Of a DNA stretch of 55,118 bases, positions 10,965 to 20,428 are shown piece by piece. Within the stretch, counting starts at the first letter, position 1; every line of letters starts with the position of its first letter. The notes beneath the pieces are model-generated. The model worked only from the letters and a program-made list of their open reading frames with translations, had not been told where the DNA came from and searched no databases. Location of the stretch: the IMG/VR virus record IMGVR_UViG_2563366941_000007, positions 1-55,118 of that record. One strand, 5' to 3'. The translations under genes and the position numbers were made by a program. The stretch is from a virus. Lineage: Duplodnaviria; Heunggongvirae; Uroviricota; Caudoviricetes.

Positions 10965-13522
10965 CGTCCACCTCCGGAGAACAGGCCACCATCACGCATC
11001 TGTGTCTGAATTTCATCACGGGCACCCTTGCGGGCCATGTCATACACCGCCTTCAGAGCAGCCGGACCTATCTGCCCGTTCGTGCCGTCGTTGTTAATCA
11101 CCACATGGTTATTCTGCTCAAACGTCCCGGACGCCTGCGACCGGCTGTCTGCCATGCTGCCCGGTGTACCGACATAACCGCCGGTGGCATAGCCGCGCAT
11201 CAGCCGGTAAAGATTCCCCACGCCAATCCGGCTGGTTGCCTCCTTCGTGAAGACAAATTCACCACGGTGAACAATCCCCGCTGGCTCATATTTGCCGCCG
11301 GTTCCCGTAAATCCTCCGGTTGCAAAATGGAATTTCGCCGCAGCGGCCTGAATGGCTGTACCGCCTGACGCGGATGCGCCGCCACCAACAGCCCCGCCAA
11401 TGGCGCTGCCGATACTCCCGACAATCCCCACCATTGCCTGCTTAAGCAGAATTTCTGTCATCATGGACAGCACGGAACGGGTGAAGCTGCGCCAGTTCTG
11501 CTCACTGCCGGTCAGCATCGCCGCCATATTCTGTGCAATACCATCAAAGGTCTGCGTGGCTGCACTTTTTACCTGCGACATACTGTCCGTGGCGCTCTCT
11601 TCCCACTCACTCCAGCCGGACTTCAGGCCTGCCATCCAGCTCCCGCGAAGCTGGTCTTCAGCCGCCCAGGTCTTTTTCTGCTCTGACATGACGTTATTCA
11701 GCGCCAGCGGATTATCGCCATACTGTTCCTTCAGGCGCTGTTCCGTGGCTTCCCGTTCTGCCTGCCGGTCAGTCAGCCCCCGGCTTTTCGCATCAATGGC
11801 GGCCCGTTTTGCCCGTTGCTGCTGTGCGAATTTATCCGCCTGCTGCGCCAGCGCGTTCAGGCGCTCCTGATACGTAACCTTGTCGCCAAGTGCAGCCAGC
11901 TGGCGTTTGTACTCCAGCGTCTCATCTTTATGCGCCAGCAGGGATTTCTCCTGTGCAGACAGCTGGCGACGTTGCGCCGCCTCCTCCAGTACCGCGAACT
12001 GACTCTCCGCCTTCCACAAATCCCGGCGCTGCTGGCTGATTTTCTCATTTGCTCCGGCATGCTTCTCCAGCGTCCGGAGTTCTGCCTGAAGCGTCAGCAG
12101 GGCAGCATGAGCACTGTCTTCCTGACGATCGCCCGCAGACACCTTCACGCCGGACTGTTTCGGCTTTTTCAGCGTCGCTTCATAGTCCTTTTTCGCCGCC
12201 GCCATCAGCGTGTTGTAATCTGCCTGCAGAATTTTCCCGTCCTTCAGTGCCTTGTTCAGTTCTTCCTGACGGGCGGTATATTTCTCCAGCGGCGTCTGCA
12301 GGCGTTCGTAAGCCTTCTGCGCCTCTTCGGTATATTTCAGCCGTGATGCTTCGGTATCACTCTGCTGCTGCGCATTTTTGTCCTGTTGAGTCTGCTGTTC
12401 AGCCTTCTTTCGGGCGGCTTCAAGCGCAAGACGGGCCTTTTCACGATCATCCCAGTAACGCGCCCGCGCTTCATCGTTAACAAAATAATCATCCTTGCGC
12501 AGATTCCAGATGTCGTCCGCTTTCTTAAACGCTGCTTCGGCTTTCTCCAGCATTTCCTGAGCGGTATCAGGACGACCAATATCCAGCACCGCATCCCACA
12601 TGGATTTGAATGCCCGTGCTGTATTGCCTGCCCAGGTCTCCAGCGTGCCCATGTTCTCTTTCAGGCGGCGGGTCTGGTCATCAAACCCCTGTGTTGCGGC
12701 CTCGTTCGCCGCCTGCAATGCCCCGGCTTCATCGCCGGAACGCTGCAACTGAGCAACATACGCAATCTGCTCCGCCGTCACGTTATGGAACTGGCGTGCC
12801 ATCGCCGTCAACCCCGACGTCGGGTCTGTGGTCAGCTTCCCGAAGGCTTCAGCGACCTTGTCCACCTCCACACCGGATGCAGAGGAGAAACGCGCCACAC
12901 TCTGGCTGATGGACGCAATCTGAGCCTCACCGCTTACTCCCGCCTTAACCAGTGCGCTGAGTGACTCGCTGGTCTGGTTAAACGTCAGCCCTGCCGCCTG
13001 CCCGGCTCTGGACAGGACCAGCATGCGATCTGCCGTCAGACCCGACTGATTGCCGGAAAGGACCAGCGTTTTGTTGAAATCGGACAGGGTTGAGTTGCCC
13101 TGATACCAGGCATACGCCAGCGCACCGGTCGCCACCGCCAGCGAGGTGGCCCCCACCATCGGCAGGGTGATCGCACCGGCAAGCCCCCGGAACATGGGGA
13201 TCATCCCGCCGAAGGAGTCCTTCACCTGACCCCTCTGTTGCAGCAGGATCAGCCACGGACTTTGCCCGCCTGCAAGCTGCGTGGCCACGTCAGTGAACTG
13301 CGCAGGCAGCATACGCATGGCGGCTTTATACTGCCCGACGGAAATTCCCGCTTTCTGTGCAGCCAGCGCCTGCCGGTTCATCGACTGTTCAACGACTGCC
13401 GCTGTTTTTTTCGCATCACTTTCCGTACCGGAAAAATGACGCCTGACTCTGGCCATCTGCTCGTCAAATCTGGCCGCATCCAGACTCAAATCAACGACCA
13501 GATCGCCTACCGGTTCAGCCAT
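10961..13522 (-). CDS. H: Tail tape measure protein H
   Basis: 853-aa ORF matching lambda gpH (MAEPVGDLVVDLSLDAARFDEQMARVRRHF...). Confidence 0.95.
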   Translation of the reverse strand: MAEPVGDLVVDLSLDAARFDEQMARVRRHFSGTESDAKKTAAVVEQSMNRQALAAQKAGISVGQYKAAMRMLPAQFTDVATQLAGGQSPWLILLQQRGQVKDSFGGMIPMFRGLAGAITLPMVGATSLAVATGALAYAWYQGNSTLSDFNKTLVLSGNQSGLTADRMLVLSRAGQAAGLTFNQTSESLSALVKAGVSGEAQIASISQSVARFSSASGVEVDKVAEAFGKLTTDPTSGLTAMARQFHNVTAEQIAYVAQLQRSGDEAGALQAANEAATQGFDDQTRRLKENMGTLETWAGNTARAFKSMWDAVLDIGRPDTAQEMLEKAEAAFKKADDIWNLRKDDYFVNDEARARYWDDREKARLALEAARKKAEQQTQQDKNAQQQSDTEASRLKYTEEAQKAYERLQTPLEKYTARQEELNKALKDGKILQADYNTLMAAAKKDYEATLKKPKQSGVKVSAGDRQEDSAHAALLTLQAELRTLEKHAGANEKISQQRRDLWKAESQFAVLEEAAQRRQLSAQEKSLLAHKDETLEYKRQLAALGDKVTYQERLNALAQQADKFAQQQRAKRAAIDAKSRGLTDRQAEREATEQRLKEQYGDNPLALNNVMSEQKKTWAAEDQLRGSWMAGLKSGWSEWEESATDSMSQVKSAATQTFDGIAQNMAAMLTGSEQNWRSFTRSVLSMMTEILLKQAMVGIVGSIGSAIGGAVGGGASASGGTAIQAAAAKFHFATGGFTGTGGKYEPAGIVHRGEFVFTKEATSRIGVGNLYRLMRGYATGGYVGTPGSMADSRSQASGTFEQNNHVVINNDGTNGQIGPAALKAVYDMARKGARDEIQTQMRDGGLFSGGGR

Positions 13523-13949
13523 ACCGGACTCCTCCTGCGATCCCTTCTGATACTGTCATCAGCATTACGTCATCCTCCGTCATGTCCGCCACATCCGGGG
13601 AAGTAGGGATAACTTCATTCCCGTCCGGGCCAAAACGAACGCCTCCGGCAAGCCCTGCCGCTTTCTGCATCAGCACATCATCTTCAGGCTCTTCGTCAGC
13701 CTCACGCCGGTTAAGCAGACTGAAATCCAGCGGATGCATATCCGGATCGCTGAAAAACAGGCTGAGCACGGTGTACGTCAGCCCGGAAAAGTGCATATCC
13801 AGCAGAACATCATGAAAATAATGGGTACTGTAAAAGCGGTGCCAGTCGGCATACTCCGTGGATGACATCCCGGCAAGCATGGCACGCCAGTCGGGTCGCC
13901 CCATCTCACGCGCCAGTTTCAGGGCAAAACTCAGCTCACCGTCGAACAC
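13515..13949 (-). CDS. T: Tail assembly protein T (expressed as a G-T fusion via -1 frameshift)
   Basis: 144-aa ORF in the -1 frame relative to G, matching gpT. Confidence 0.9.
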   Translation of the reverse strand: MFDGELSFALKLAREMGRPDWRAMLAGMSSTEYADWHRFYSTHYFHDVLLDMHFSGLTYTVLSLFFSDPDMHPLDFSLLNRREADEEPEDDVLMQKAAGLAGGVRFGPDGNEVIPTSPDVADMTEDDVMLMTVSEGIAGGVRYG

Positions 13950-14353
13950 TTTCCCGCAGAAACAGGCTCTGCAGGCCCGGCGTCCTCTGCCTGTTCAGGG
14001 GTATTATTCACAACAAACTCATACATACCGGACAGCCGGTACACCACGTTTTCAGCATGAGAAATTGCCTCTGTGGGCCAGGTGGTAAGCACTTCCTGCT
14101 CAATCTGTTTAACGGCTTCATTCATGGAAGGCAGCTTTGTCTTCTTCGGATGGTTATGCCACAGGGACATCGCCACCAGAAACGCGCCGGTTCTGATGGC
14201 GTCTTCCACAGTAAACTTCCGGTTGCTGTCTGACTCCGCCTGTTCTGCCTGCCGTTTCATCAGGGCGAGATGCTCAATACGCTGCAGGGCTGACAGTTCA
14301 GAAAGCGTGACGGTCACACCGTTATGTTCAAATGATTCGGTTTTCAGGAACAT
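13931..14353 (-). CDS. G: Tail assembly chaperone G
   Basis: 140-aa ORF MFLKTESFEHNGVTVTLSELSALQRIEHL... = gpG. Confidence 0.95.
   Translation of the reverse strand: MFLKTESFEHNGVTVTLSELSALQRIEHLALMKRQAEQAESDSNRKFTVEDAIRTGAFLVAMSLWHNHPKKTKLPSMNEAVKQIEQEVLTTWPTEAISHAENVVYRLSGMYEFVVNNTPEQAEDAGPAEPVSAGKCSTVS
13950..13956 (-). other. Programmed -1 ribosomal frameshift slippery site (GGGAAAG on the minus strand) for G-T
   Basis: Heptamer G GGA AAG at the G/T overlap, as in lambda. Confidence 0.8.
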
Positions 14354-14368
14354 CTCTGACTCTCCGGA

Positions 14369-15109
14369 TTAACTGGCGGTGACGTTGATTTCTGCAACCG
14401 CAGCAAACTCACCATTACCAGATACGACCGGAATGTTGACCTTGCCTGCAGCAACACCTTTCACGGTGATGGTCATACCACTGACCGACACGGTGGCTTT
14501 TGTTTTATCCGCAGACACCGCACGGAAGCTCTTGTCGGTTGCGCCCTCCGGCTGGAATGCCACGGTCAGCGTGGTGCTCTGCCCTTTCACTACGGAAGCA
14601 CTGGCGGGTGTCACCGTCATGCCGGTTGTCGCCGTCACCGTGCTGCGATCTTCTGCCATCGACGGACGTCCCACATTGGTGATCTTCACCGTGCGGGTAA
14701 TCACTTCCTTCGCCGTCACCGCCTTACCGATACTGCTGACCCAGCCACGGAACACATCGACCGTGCCGTTCGGGAAGCGGATTTTATAGGCACGGGTATC
14801 ACCTTCATTAAACCACGCCAGCAGCGCCTGCTGCCCCTGCTCTCCGGGCATCCACGCCAGCGTGAAGCTGGTATCTCCGGCAGATTTCTGCCCCTGCCCG
14901 GTCGCAGTCCAGTCTGCATCTTCATCATCGAGATAGCTGTCGTCATAGGACTCAGCGGTCAGTTCGCCGGGCGTCAGGTCTTTAACTTTTGCCAGACGCG
15001 ACCAGTCAACGTCTGAAAGCGGATTCGCATAAGGGTCACCGCTCCCCTTATAAACCCACAGGGTGGTCCCGGCACCTTTCACCGGCATTGTAGGATTTGG
15101 TACAGGCAT
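14369..15109 (-). CDS. V: Major tail protein V
   Basis: Matches gpV from [16 protein letters not shown]...; start at 15109 is preceded by a GAGGA Shine-Dalgarno; the ORF track extends 10 codons further upstream. Confidence 0.95.
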   Translation of the reverse strand: MPVPNPTMPVKGAGTTLWVYKGSGDPYANPLSDVDWSRLAKVKDLTPGELTAESYDDSYLDDEDADWTATGQGQKSAGDTSFTLAWMPGEQGQQALLAWFNEGDTRAYKIRFPNGTVDVFRGWVSSIGKAVTAKEVITRTVKITNVGRPSMAEDRSTVTATTGMTVTPASASVVKGQSTTLTVAFQPEGATDKSFRAVSADKTKATVSVSGMTITVKGVAAGKVNIPVVSGNGEFAAVAEINVTAS

Positions 15110-15116
15110 AGCGTCC

Positions 15117-15512
15117 TCACATTTCATAGGTAATGACATAAGTCAGATCGGCTGAACTCCACAGGCCCGCATCATCGTCGCGCCGGTAGTCATAGCCGCT
15201 GGCCACCATACTGGTGATCAAATCTGACAGTGCCGGGATATCACTCATCACCGGATAAATCCGGGACTCCATCCACGCATCCAGCTCTGAATCCGGCACC
15301 TGAGCAGGCAGGAAAACTTCGATATGCAGCTCCGCCTGCCAGGTATCGCTGTCCAGCTCTTCGCCCGTGTATTCAGCGCCGGTGAGATAAACGGCAACTG
15401 CCGGAAAATCCGCCTCATCAAAAACAGCGGGGCGACCATCAAAAAACGTCGCCCCGGTGTCATGCTTCTCCAGTGCATCCAGTACGGCTGCACGGAGTTC
15501 AGTATGTTTCAT
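15117..15512 (-). CDS. U: Tail terminator protein U
   Basis: 131-aa [34 protein letters not shown]... = gpU. Confidence 0.95.
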   Translation of the reverse strand: MKHTELRAAVLDALEKHDTGATFFDGRPAVFDEADFPAVAVYLTGAEYTGEELDSDTWQAELHIEVFLPAQVPDSELDAWMESRIYPVMSDIPALSDLITSMVASGYDYRRDDDAGLWSSADLTYVITYEM

Positions 15513-16087
15513 CGCTTTATTACCATCCTCAGTTGATGCTGCAGCGCATAGCCCAGCTCTTTCGGAAGACGTTCACGCCGTATCCGCTCAATATTCTGTT
15601 TAAACGCCGTGGTCAGCGGCACCGCCATCGGGATTTTCACCACATCAATGGGGTAACGGTTTTTCCCGGCCACACGCTGCATGACATGCCACCGGCCATT
15701 TTTCAGTTGCTGAATAAACGCGCCGGGAATACGACGGTTACCCACCACAAGCACGCTGCCGCCACCTTTCAGGGCTGAACGCTGCCCCTTTTTACGACGC
15801 CTGCGTCGGGACAGGACAATCCGCGCGTTACCCAGCTTTATTACGGGCAAATCCCCCCGGTTAACTTTGATTCTGGCCTGCGGATTTTTGACCGTGGCCC
15901 TTTTCAGCCTGGCCCTTTCCTTTACCAGTTTCCGGCGTACCTTTGTCTCACGGGCAACCTGTGACGCCGACTGCGATATCGCGGATGAAGCAACGCGGTT
16001 AATGGCCATTGCGGCGGCACCGGGCACCGCCGTTCTGCTGATACGGCTGAGGTTTTCAACGGCCTGCTCAAGACCTTTTATGGCCAT
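15509..16087 (-). CDS. Z: Tail completion protein Z
   Basis: 192-aa ORF matching gpZ. Confidence 0.95.
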   Translation of the reverse strand: MAIKGLEQAVENLSRISRTAVPGAAAMAINRVASSAISQSASQVARETKVRRKLVKERARLKRATVKNPQARIKVNRGDLPVIKLGNARIVLSRRRRRKKGQRSALKGGGSVLVVGNRRIPGAFIQQLKNGRWHVMQRVAGKNRYPIDVVKIPMAVPLTTAFKQNIERIRRERLPKELGYALQHQLRMVIKR

Positions 16088-16098
16088 ACATCCCCCTT

Positions 16099-16452
16099 TC
16101 AGCGGCGACGGTTAACGGCAGGCGGTACGCCCCGCCCAAGCCAGAGATGACAACTTCCGCCATCATCCGGCGAAACCCGGTCTATCCAGAAGTTTTCCTC
16201 ACCGATGGTCAGCGTGTCTCCACGCCGCAGTTGCCGCACATCATCAGTCCGGACAAACAGGGACGGGCTGGAGCCTTCAACGCGCACGCCCTGTCCGGCA
16301 TAGCTGATATTTTCAGGGTCATCAAAAACACCACGTATTACTGCGCCGGACTGCTCACCGGATGTCATGGTGGCTGACGTTCCCATGTACCCGCGTATCG
16401 TTTCATCGGCGCGGGCAATGGCAGCATCGAACAGGTTATCGAAATCAGCCAC
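16099..16452 (-). CDS. FII: Head-tail joining protein FII
   Basis: 117-aa ORF MADFDNLFDAAIARADETIRGYMG... = gpFII. Confidence 0.95.
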   Translation of the reverse strand: MADFDNLFDAAIARADETIRGYMGTSATMTSGEQSGAVIRGVFDDPENISYAGQGVRVEGSSPSLFVRTDDVRQLRRGDTLTIGEENFWIDRVSPDDGGSCHLWLGRGVPPAVNRRR

Positions 16453-16463
16453 AGCGCCTCCCG

Positions 16464-16862
16464 TTATTGCATTCTGGCCAGGCCGCGCTCTGTCATTTCG
16501 GCTGCCACACCGGCAGAGACACGAAACGCCGTTCCCGGCAGCACAAATGCCACAGGTTCATCCCGCGTGGCGTGAAGTGCATCAGTATGCAGCTTCACCA
16601 GTGCCACGACCGTGACCAGTTCAGACGTATCCAGAATCACGGTATCCGGCTGCGCTGATCCCACCTCATTTTCATGTCCGGTCAGCACATTTTCCCGGCT
16701 GAGAGGGGTGTCCTGACCGGCAGTTTCATCCGTGTCATCAAGCTCCTCTTCCAGCTCTGCCACACGGAGCGCCAGTTCTTCTTTCGTCCCCGTCAGGCTG
16801 ACATCACGGTTCAGTTGTTCACCCAGCGACCGGAGACGGGCAATCAGTTCATCTTTCGTCAT
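16464..16862 (-). CDS. FI: DNA packaging/head completion protein FI
   Basis: Matches gpFI from MTKDELIARLRSLGEQLNRD...; start 16862 is preceded by GGAGGA. Confidence 0.9.
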   Translation of the reverse strand: MTKDELIARLRSLGEQLNRDVSLTGTKEELALRVAELEEELDDTDETAGQDTPLSRENVLTGHENEVGSAQPDTVILDTSELVTVVALVKLHTDALHATRDEPVAFVLPGTAFRVSAGVAAEMTERGLARMQ

Positions 16863-16903
16863 GGACTCCTCCACAGAGAGAAAATGGCCCCGAAGGGCCA
16901 TGA

Positions 16904-17694
16904 TTACGCCAGTTGAACGGACACGAACTCATCAGGATCAGCCAGCAGCATCAGCGGTGCTGACTGAATCATGGTGAACTCTCGCGCCGGATCGCCGGAT
17001 GTCTTCCAGTTTTTCGGATAACGGGGAGACGCATTAATACCCTCACTCAATGCATCCGCATCCTGAATACAGCCATAGGTGCGCAGACCGCGTGCATGAG
17101 TGTTACCCAGCACCATCGTGTTGTCCGGCAGGAAGTTCTTTTTGACGCCGTTTTCCACGTACTGTCCGGAATACACGACGATGGCCACATCTCCATACAT
17201 TCCCTTATAAGACACCGCTTTGCCCAGGTCTTTTACCGCTGTCTCCAGTTCGGAATGAGAGCCGCGACGGGTATCCAGCTTCTCCCTGACGGCTTTGAAG
17301 GAACGGAACAGCGCCCAGCCTTTCGGATCAAACACGATGATATTCACCACGCCGCTGGCGTTCAGCGCGTAGGCTTCGATATCGTCGGTCGGATCATACG
17401 TGGACTTGTCACGCTTGCTCCACTCCGTGCCGCCGGACTGCGTGATGTTGTTGGCCGCACTGCGGCCCATATCCACCTCAACCGGATCGAAGGCTTCACC
17501 AGTCATGGTGTATTTGCCCTTGAGCACGGCAGAAACGGCCTGCATCTCTTCGACCTGAGCAATGGCCAGCTCTTCGTCACGCATGTTCTGCATGATGATG
17601 CGACGGCGGCGGTAAGCCGGGTCCGCCAGATTCTGCGGATCTTCATCCGGCAGGCGACGCAGGGTCATCTGCGGATTCACCTCATGCTTGGGTT
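16904..17694 (-). pseudogene. E: Major capsid protein E, C-terminal fragment (codons from ...KPKHEVNPQMTLRRL to the stop)
   Basis: Translation matches about 260 C-terminal residues of lambda gpE; the N-terminal 91 codons lie 11.6 kb away at 29261..29536. Confidence 0.9.
17685..17694. repeat. 10-bp direct-repeat core TGCTTGGGTT, left copy (element/E junction)
   Basis: Identical 10-mer at 29292..29301; both sit exactly where E homology breaks. Confidence 0.8.
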
Positions 17695-17766
17695 ACATGA
17701 GTCAAATATGAAAGGAACTGAATGATTTTTAATGAAATAAATGGCTCTCTCTATCAAAATACAGCT

Positions 17767-17792
17767 AAAAAGCAATACACGTAGCAATACAG
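17767..17792. repeat. Tandem GCAATACA(N) motifs (AAAAAGCAATACACGTAGCAATACAG), candidate integrase arm-type sites, left end
   Basis: Near-identical motif AAAAAGCAATACAAGCTGCAATACAG at 29139..29164 at the opposite end of the element. Confidence 0.45.
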
Positions 17793-17821
17793 CGCTTCGC
17801 AAAGGTATGTCACTATATCTA

Positions 17822-18790
17822 CTAGTGCCAACCAGAATACGAATATCTTTGCTTTGCTTCTTCTGGGCTCATACCCACTAGTAAAGATACTAATTCAAAG
17901 TCAGGTTGTGGAATTGGAATCAATGCAGCCAAATATGCTGGCTTATTGAGAACAATTGTTGATAATTTAGCTTTATTCACCTTAGATAACTCAATATTAC
18001 TTTCCGCTACCTTCGGGAACTCCATAATAAATGAATCAATTTCCCTTATGAGATAATCGATCAACGCCACTATACTTTCTGTCAAATCAATATATTTTGA
18101 CAACTCACTAGCACCAATTTCTTTCTTTATTTCATCCAATTTAATTTCAAACACTGGCTTGTCTTTACTGGCAATATTAGACAAACGTTTCTTTAAATCT
18201 GAATCAAGCTGATTCCTGACAATTAAACTTTTCAAAACAAAATTATAATTAAACAAAAAAGCATCAATTCGAGCAATATTCCTCCATGACTTTCCAATTT
18301 CTTCATCTGACGGCATAATAAGTTCATGTTTTAGTATCTTGTACTTAATAAAAAAAACAAACCTCTCAAATAGAGATTTATTAGCTGTGGGTATCTTTTT
18401 TATAAATGAAAGACGGCTAATATCGAAATTTACCTCCCCGGCGTTAAATAAAAATTCATTTATTGCCAGCGCTCTTAATATTGGATTTCTAGATCTCAAA
18501 CCAATATAACTACTTTTAATTCCCACAAGTGTATTTATCATCTGAAAAGAAACCATCATAAGCGTATTAGCAGAATTAAATTTCTCCGTTTCTATTTTAA
18601 TCTTCTCCTGCCTATTATTGATGCAATAAGCAGTTAAGCCTCCCATAAGCGCCGATAAAAAAGATAATGCAATAGGGAATACATAATCTTTTGTATAATC
18701 AACATCTGCTTTCAACATTAGTATTGCTTTAGCAATCAAAACTGCATCAGGGGTCATGTTAGAGCCGTCATTAAAAATTAAACACAACAC
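17822..18790 (-). CDS. Hypothetical membrane-anchored protein (N-terminal TM segments plus ~250-aa soluble domain), AT-rich cargo gene
   Basis: 322-aa ORF in a conspicuously AT-rich segment; hydrophobic stretches AVLIAKAILML and VFPIALSFLSALMGGLTAYCI near the N-terminus; no recognisable family by eye. Confidence 0.55.
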   Translation of the reverse strand: MLCLIFNDGSNMTPDAVLIAKAILMLKADVDYTKDYVFPIALSFLSALMGGLTAYCINNRQEKIKIETEKFNSANTLMMVSFQMINTLVGIKSSYIGLRSRNPILRALAINEFLFNAGEVNFDISRLSFIKKIPTANKSLFERFVFFIKYKILKHELIMPSDEEIGKSWRNIARIDAFLFNYNFVLKSLIVRNQLDSDLKKRLSNIASKDKPVFEIKLDEIKKEIGASELSKYIDLTESIVALIDYLIREIDSFIMEFPKVAESNIELSKVNKAKLSTIVLNKPAYLAALIPIPQPDFELVSLLVGMSPEEAKQRYSYSGWH

Positions 18791-19454
18791 CCATAAAATA
18801 TAACAGCTTATTGTTTAGAAAAGCAATATCATACACTCTATGATAAGCGTAATATCTGACAGGCATGGTGTGTTACGACACTTAATTAAACGTAATTTGC
18901 TAAAATTTTACACACAGAATCACACCAGGCTCTAACTCTCCTTTCATTACAATTGTAAGCATACAATTATCCTACCAGAACTTTATTGTTGAGCTCTCCC
19001 TTTTGAGCCCATCCCATAATGAATTGACGAAAGAACCGTATCTGTGGAGTAATCATTTCTGCGCGGTTCTATGTCGAAGACAAAATGTGGTATGCGCATC
19101 TAGTCAGAGGGAAAGCAATTTTTCAGGGAAATATCATCTCTACATGGTTAAAACAACCAGAAGAAGTTATCAAGCAAGTTGGGTATGAAGATTTTCCTAT
19201 AATAGTAACGAAACGGGTTTCACCTGAGCGGTTGTGTTCGATCCGCCACAATACGCATAGGATGCCCTGTAATCCGTATTCTGCTTACTCAACAGCTTAC
19301 CAGCAGGACTCGTAAGGCTGTTGCGATAGTGCAGAAGTAGGCCACGACCATAAAGTGAAGCCAGTGGCGCGTTATCGACTACTTTAGTGTAGAGCCTGAT
19401 TTCAACGCAAGCATGAGAGTTTTTTCTGGCGATAGGCCGTGACAAACAGCAACA

Positions 19455-19675
19455 AAATCAGAGAAAGGAAACGGCAGAGGCCAAAAAGCCCGTTTTCAGC
19501 GCCTGTCATTTCCTTTCTTTTCAGGGGGTATTTTAAATAAAAACATAAAGTTACGGCAAAGAAGAACGGAAAAGCCTTAAACCGGAAAATTTCCATAAAT
19601 AGAGAAAAACTGCGCGCCTGACGCCCCGTAACGTTCTGGATCGCCGGAAAGGACCCGCCAGCCAGAGCGGGCCCT
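19455..19675. other. cos-like packaging site of the satellite (cosB R-site and IHF-site homologs; divergent cosN)
   Basis: Aligns base-for-base with much of the prophage cos region 35480..35720 (e.g. GAAAGGAAACGRCAGAGGCC, TTTCCTTTCTTTTCAGGGGGTATTTTAAATAAAAACAT, CCTTAAACCGGAAAATTT); differs at about 5 positions within the cosN-equivalent segment. Confidence 0.75.
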
Positions 19676-19682
19676 AATTTCA

Positions 19683-20066
19683 TCAACCAATCAGCTTATA
19701 GCGACCATCCCGTGCATTGCGGCGTACACGCTCAATCTTGAGGCATAGCGCCGCATCTGGCTTTTTTGGGACAGGTACGCGGCAATATTCAGAAGCGCGA
19801 GGAATATTATTTATCCAGTCGATCACTTCACTTAAATACCAGGCCTTACGCCCTTCCGTAACCTGCACACGCTCCGGGAACTCTCCACTAGCCTCAAGGT
19901 TTAGCAGTGTACGACGACTCAGGGTTGTAATTTCCATCACCTGATTCATATCAACAAGGCGCTCGCTTAAACACATTTTGTCAGCGATAGCTTTTAATTC
20001 CTCTACAGCTGGATTCGGGTACATCATTTCGGCAATTGGCTTAAGGTCATTGTAATCATTCTGCAT
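19683..20066 (-). CDS. AlpA/Nu1-like HTH protein next to cos; candidate packaging-redirection (Rpp-like) or regulatory protein
   Basis: 127-aa ORF with HTH-like segment MEITTLSRRTLLNLEASGEFPERVQVTEGRKAWYLSEVIDWI; functional call is inference from position beside cos. Confidence 0.45.
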   Translation of the reverse strand: MQNDYNDLKPIAEMMYPNPAVEELKAIADKMCLSERLVDMNQVMEITTLSRRTLLNLEASGEFPERVQVTEGRKAWYLSEVIDWINNIPRASEYCRVPVPKKPDAALCLKIERVRRNARDGRYKLIG

Positions 20067-20077
20067 TGTATCCCCCT

Positions 20078-20419
20078 TTACACACGAGCCAGCGGCTGAA
20101 CAGAAATACCTGAGCCAACAAACGCTGCAACCTTTACTGACAGTTCTTTAACAGACTCAGGCCAGTTCAGAGCATCAACATTTAAGACACCTGTCTTATA
20201 GACCTGAGCCTGTGTTTTTTTCGCGGTGTCGATTTGTACAGCGGAAACATAAACCGCTTTACCTACGCTCGAACCATCCCATACCACCAGTGCACCTGTT
20301 GCATCTTCCTGCATCAGTGGCGTAAATGCAGGAATTACCCCTTTATTAGCTGAAAATATCCCCAGCGTAGTCACCAGTGCTTCAGTGCCAGCCATGAGTT
20401 CAGTGTAATGAGTAGCCAT
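20078..20419 (-). CDS. Head decoration protein, divergent homolog of lambda gpD
   Basis: 113 aa; shares PLM...VVWDGS...YKTG...WPE...AAFVGSGISV pattern with gpD (PLML...VAWDGT...YKSG...WPE...[10 protein letters not shown]). Confidence 0.7.
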   Translation of the reverse strand: MATHYTELMAGTEALVTTLGIFSANKGVIPAFTPLMQEDATGALVVWDGSSVGKAVYVSAVQIDTAKKTQAQVYKTGVLNVDALNWPESVKELSVKVAAFVGSGISVQPLARV

Positions 20420-20428
20420 TGCTCCCCC

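Noticed and set aside
11352-12964. Several 130-220-aa plus-strand ORFs
   Set aside because: All lie antisense within the tape measure gene H; no independent support.
19221-19262. tRNA-like T-loop motif GTTCGATCC, considered as a possible tRNA or tRNA fragment such as satellites often carry at att sites
   Set aside because: No complete cloverleaf could be built around it (no matching acceptor, D or anticodon stems), and the element att core lies in gene E, not in a tRNA.
19402-19686. 94-aa minus-strand ORF spanning the satellite cos-like region
   Set aside because: It overlaps the conserved cos R-site/IHF-site sequence, and the corresponding helper cos region is non-coding; most likely a chance ORF.
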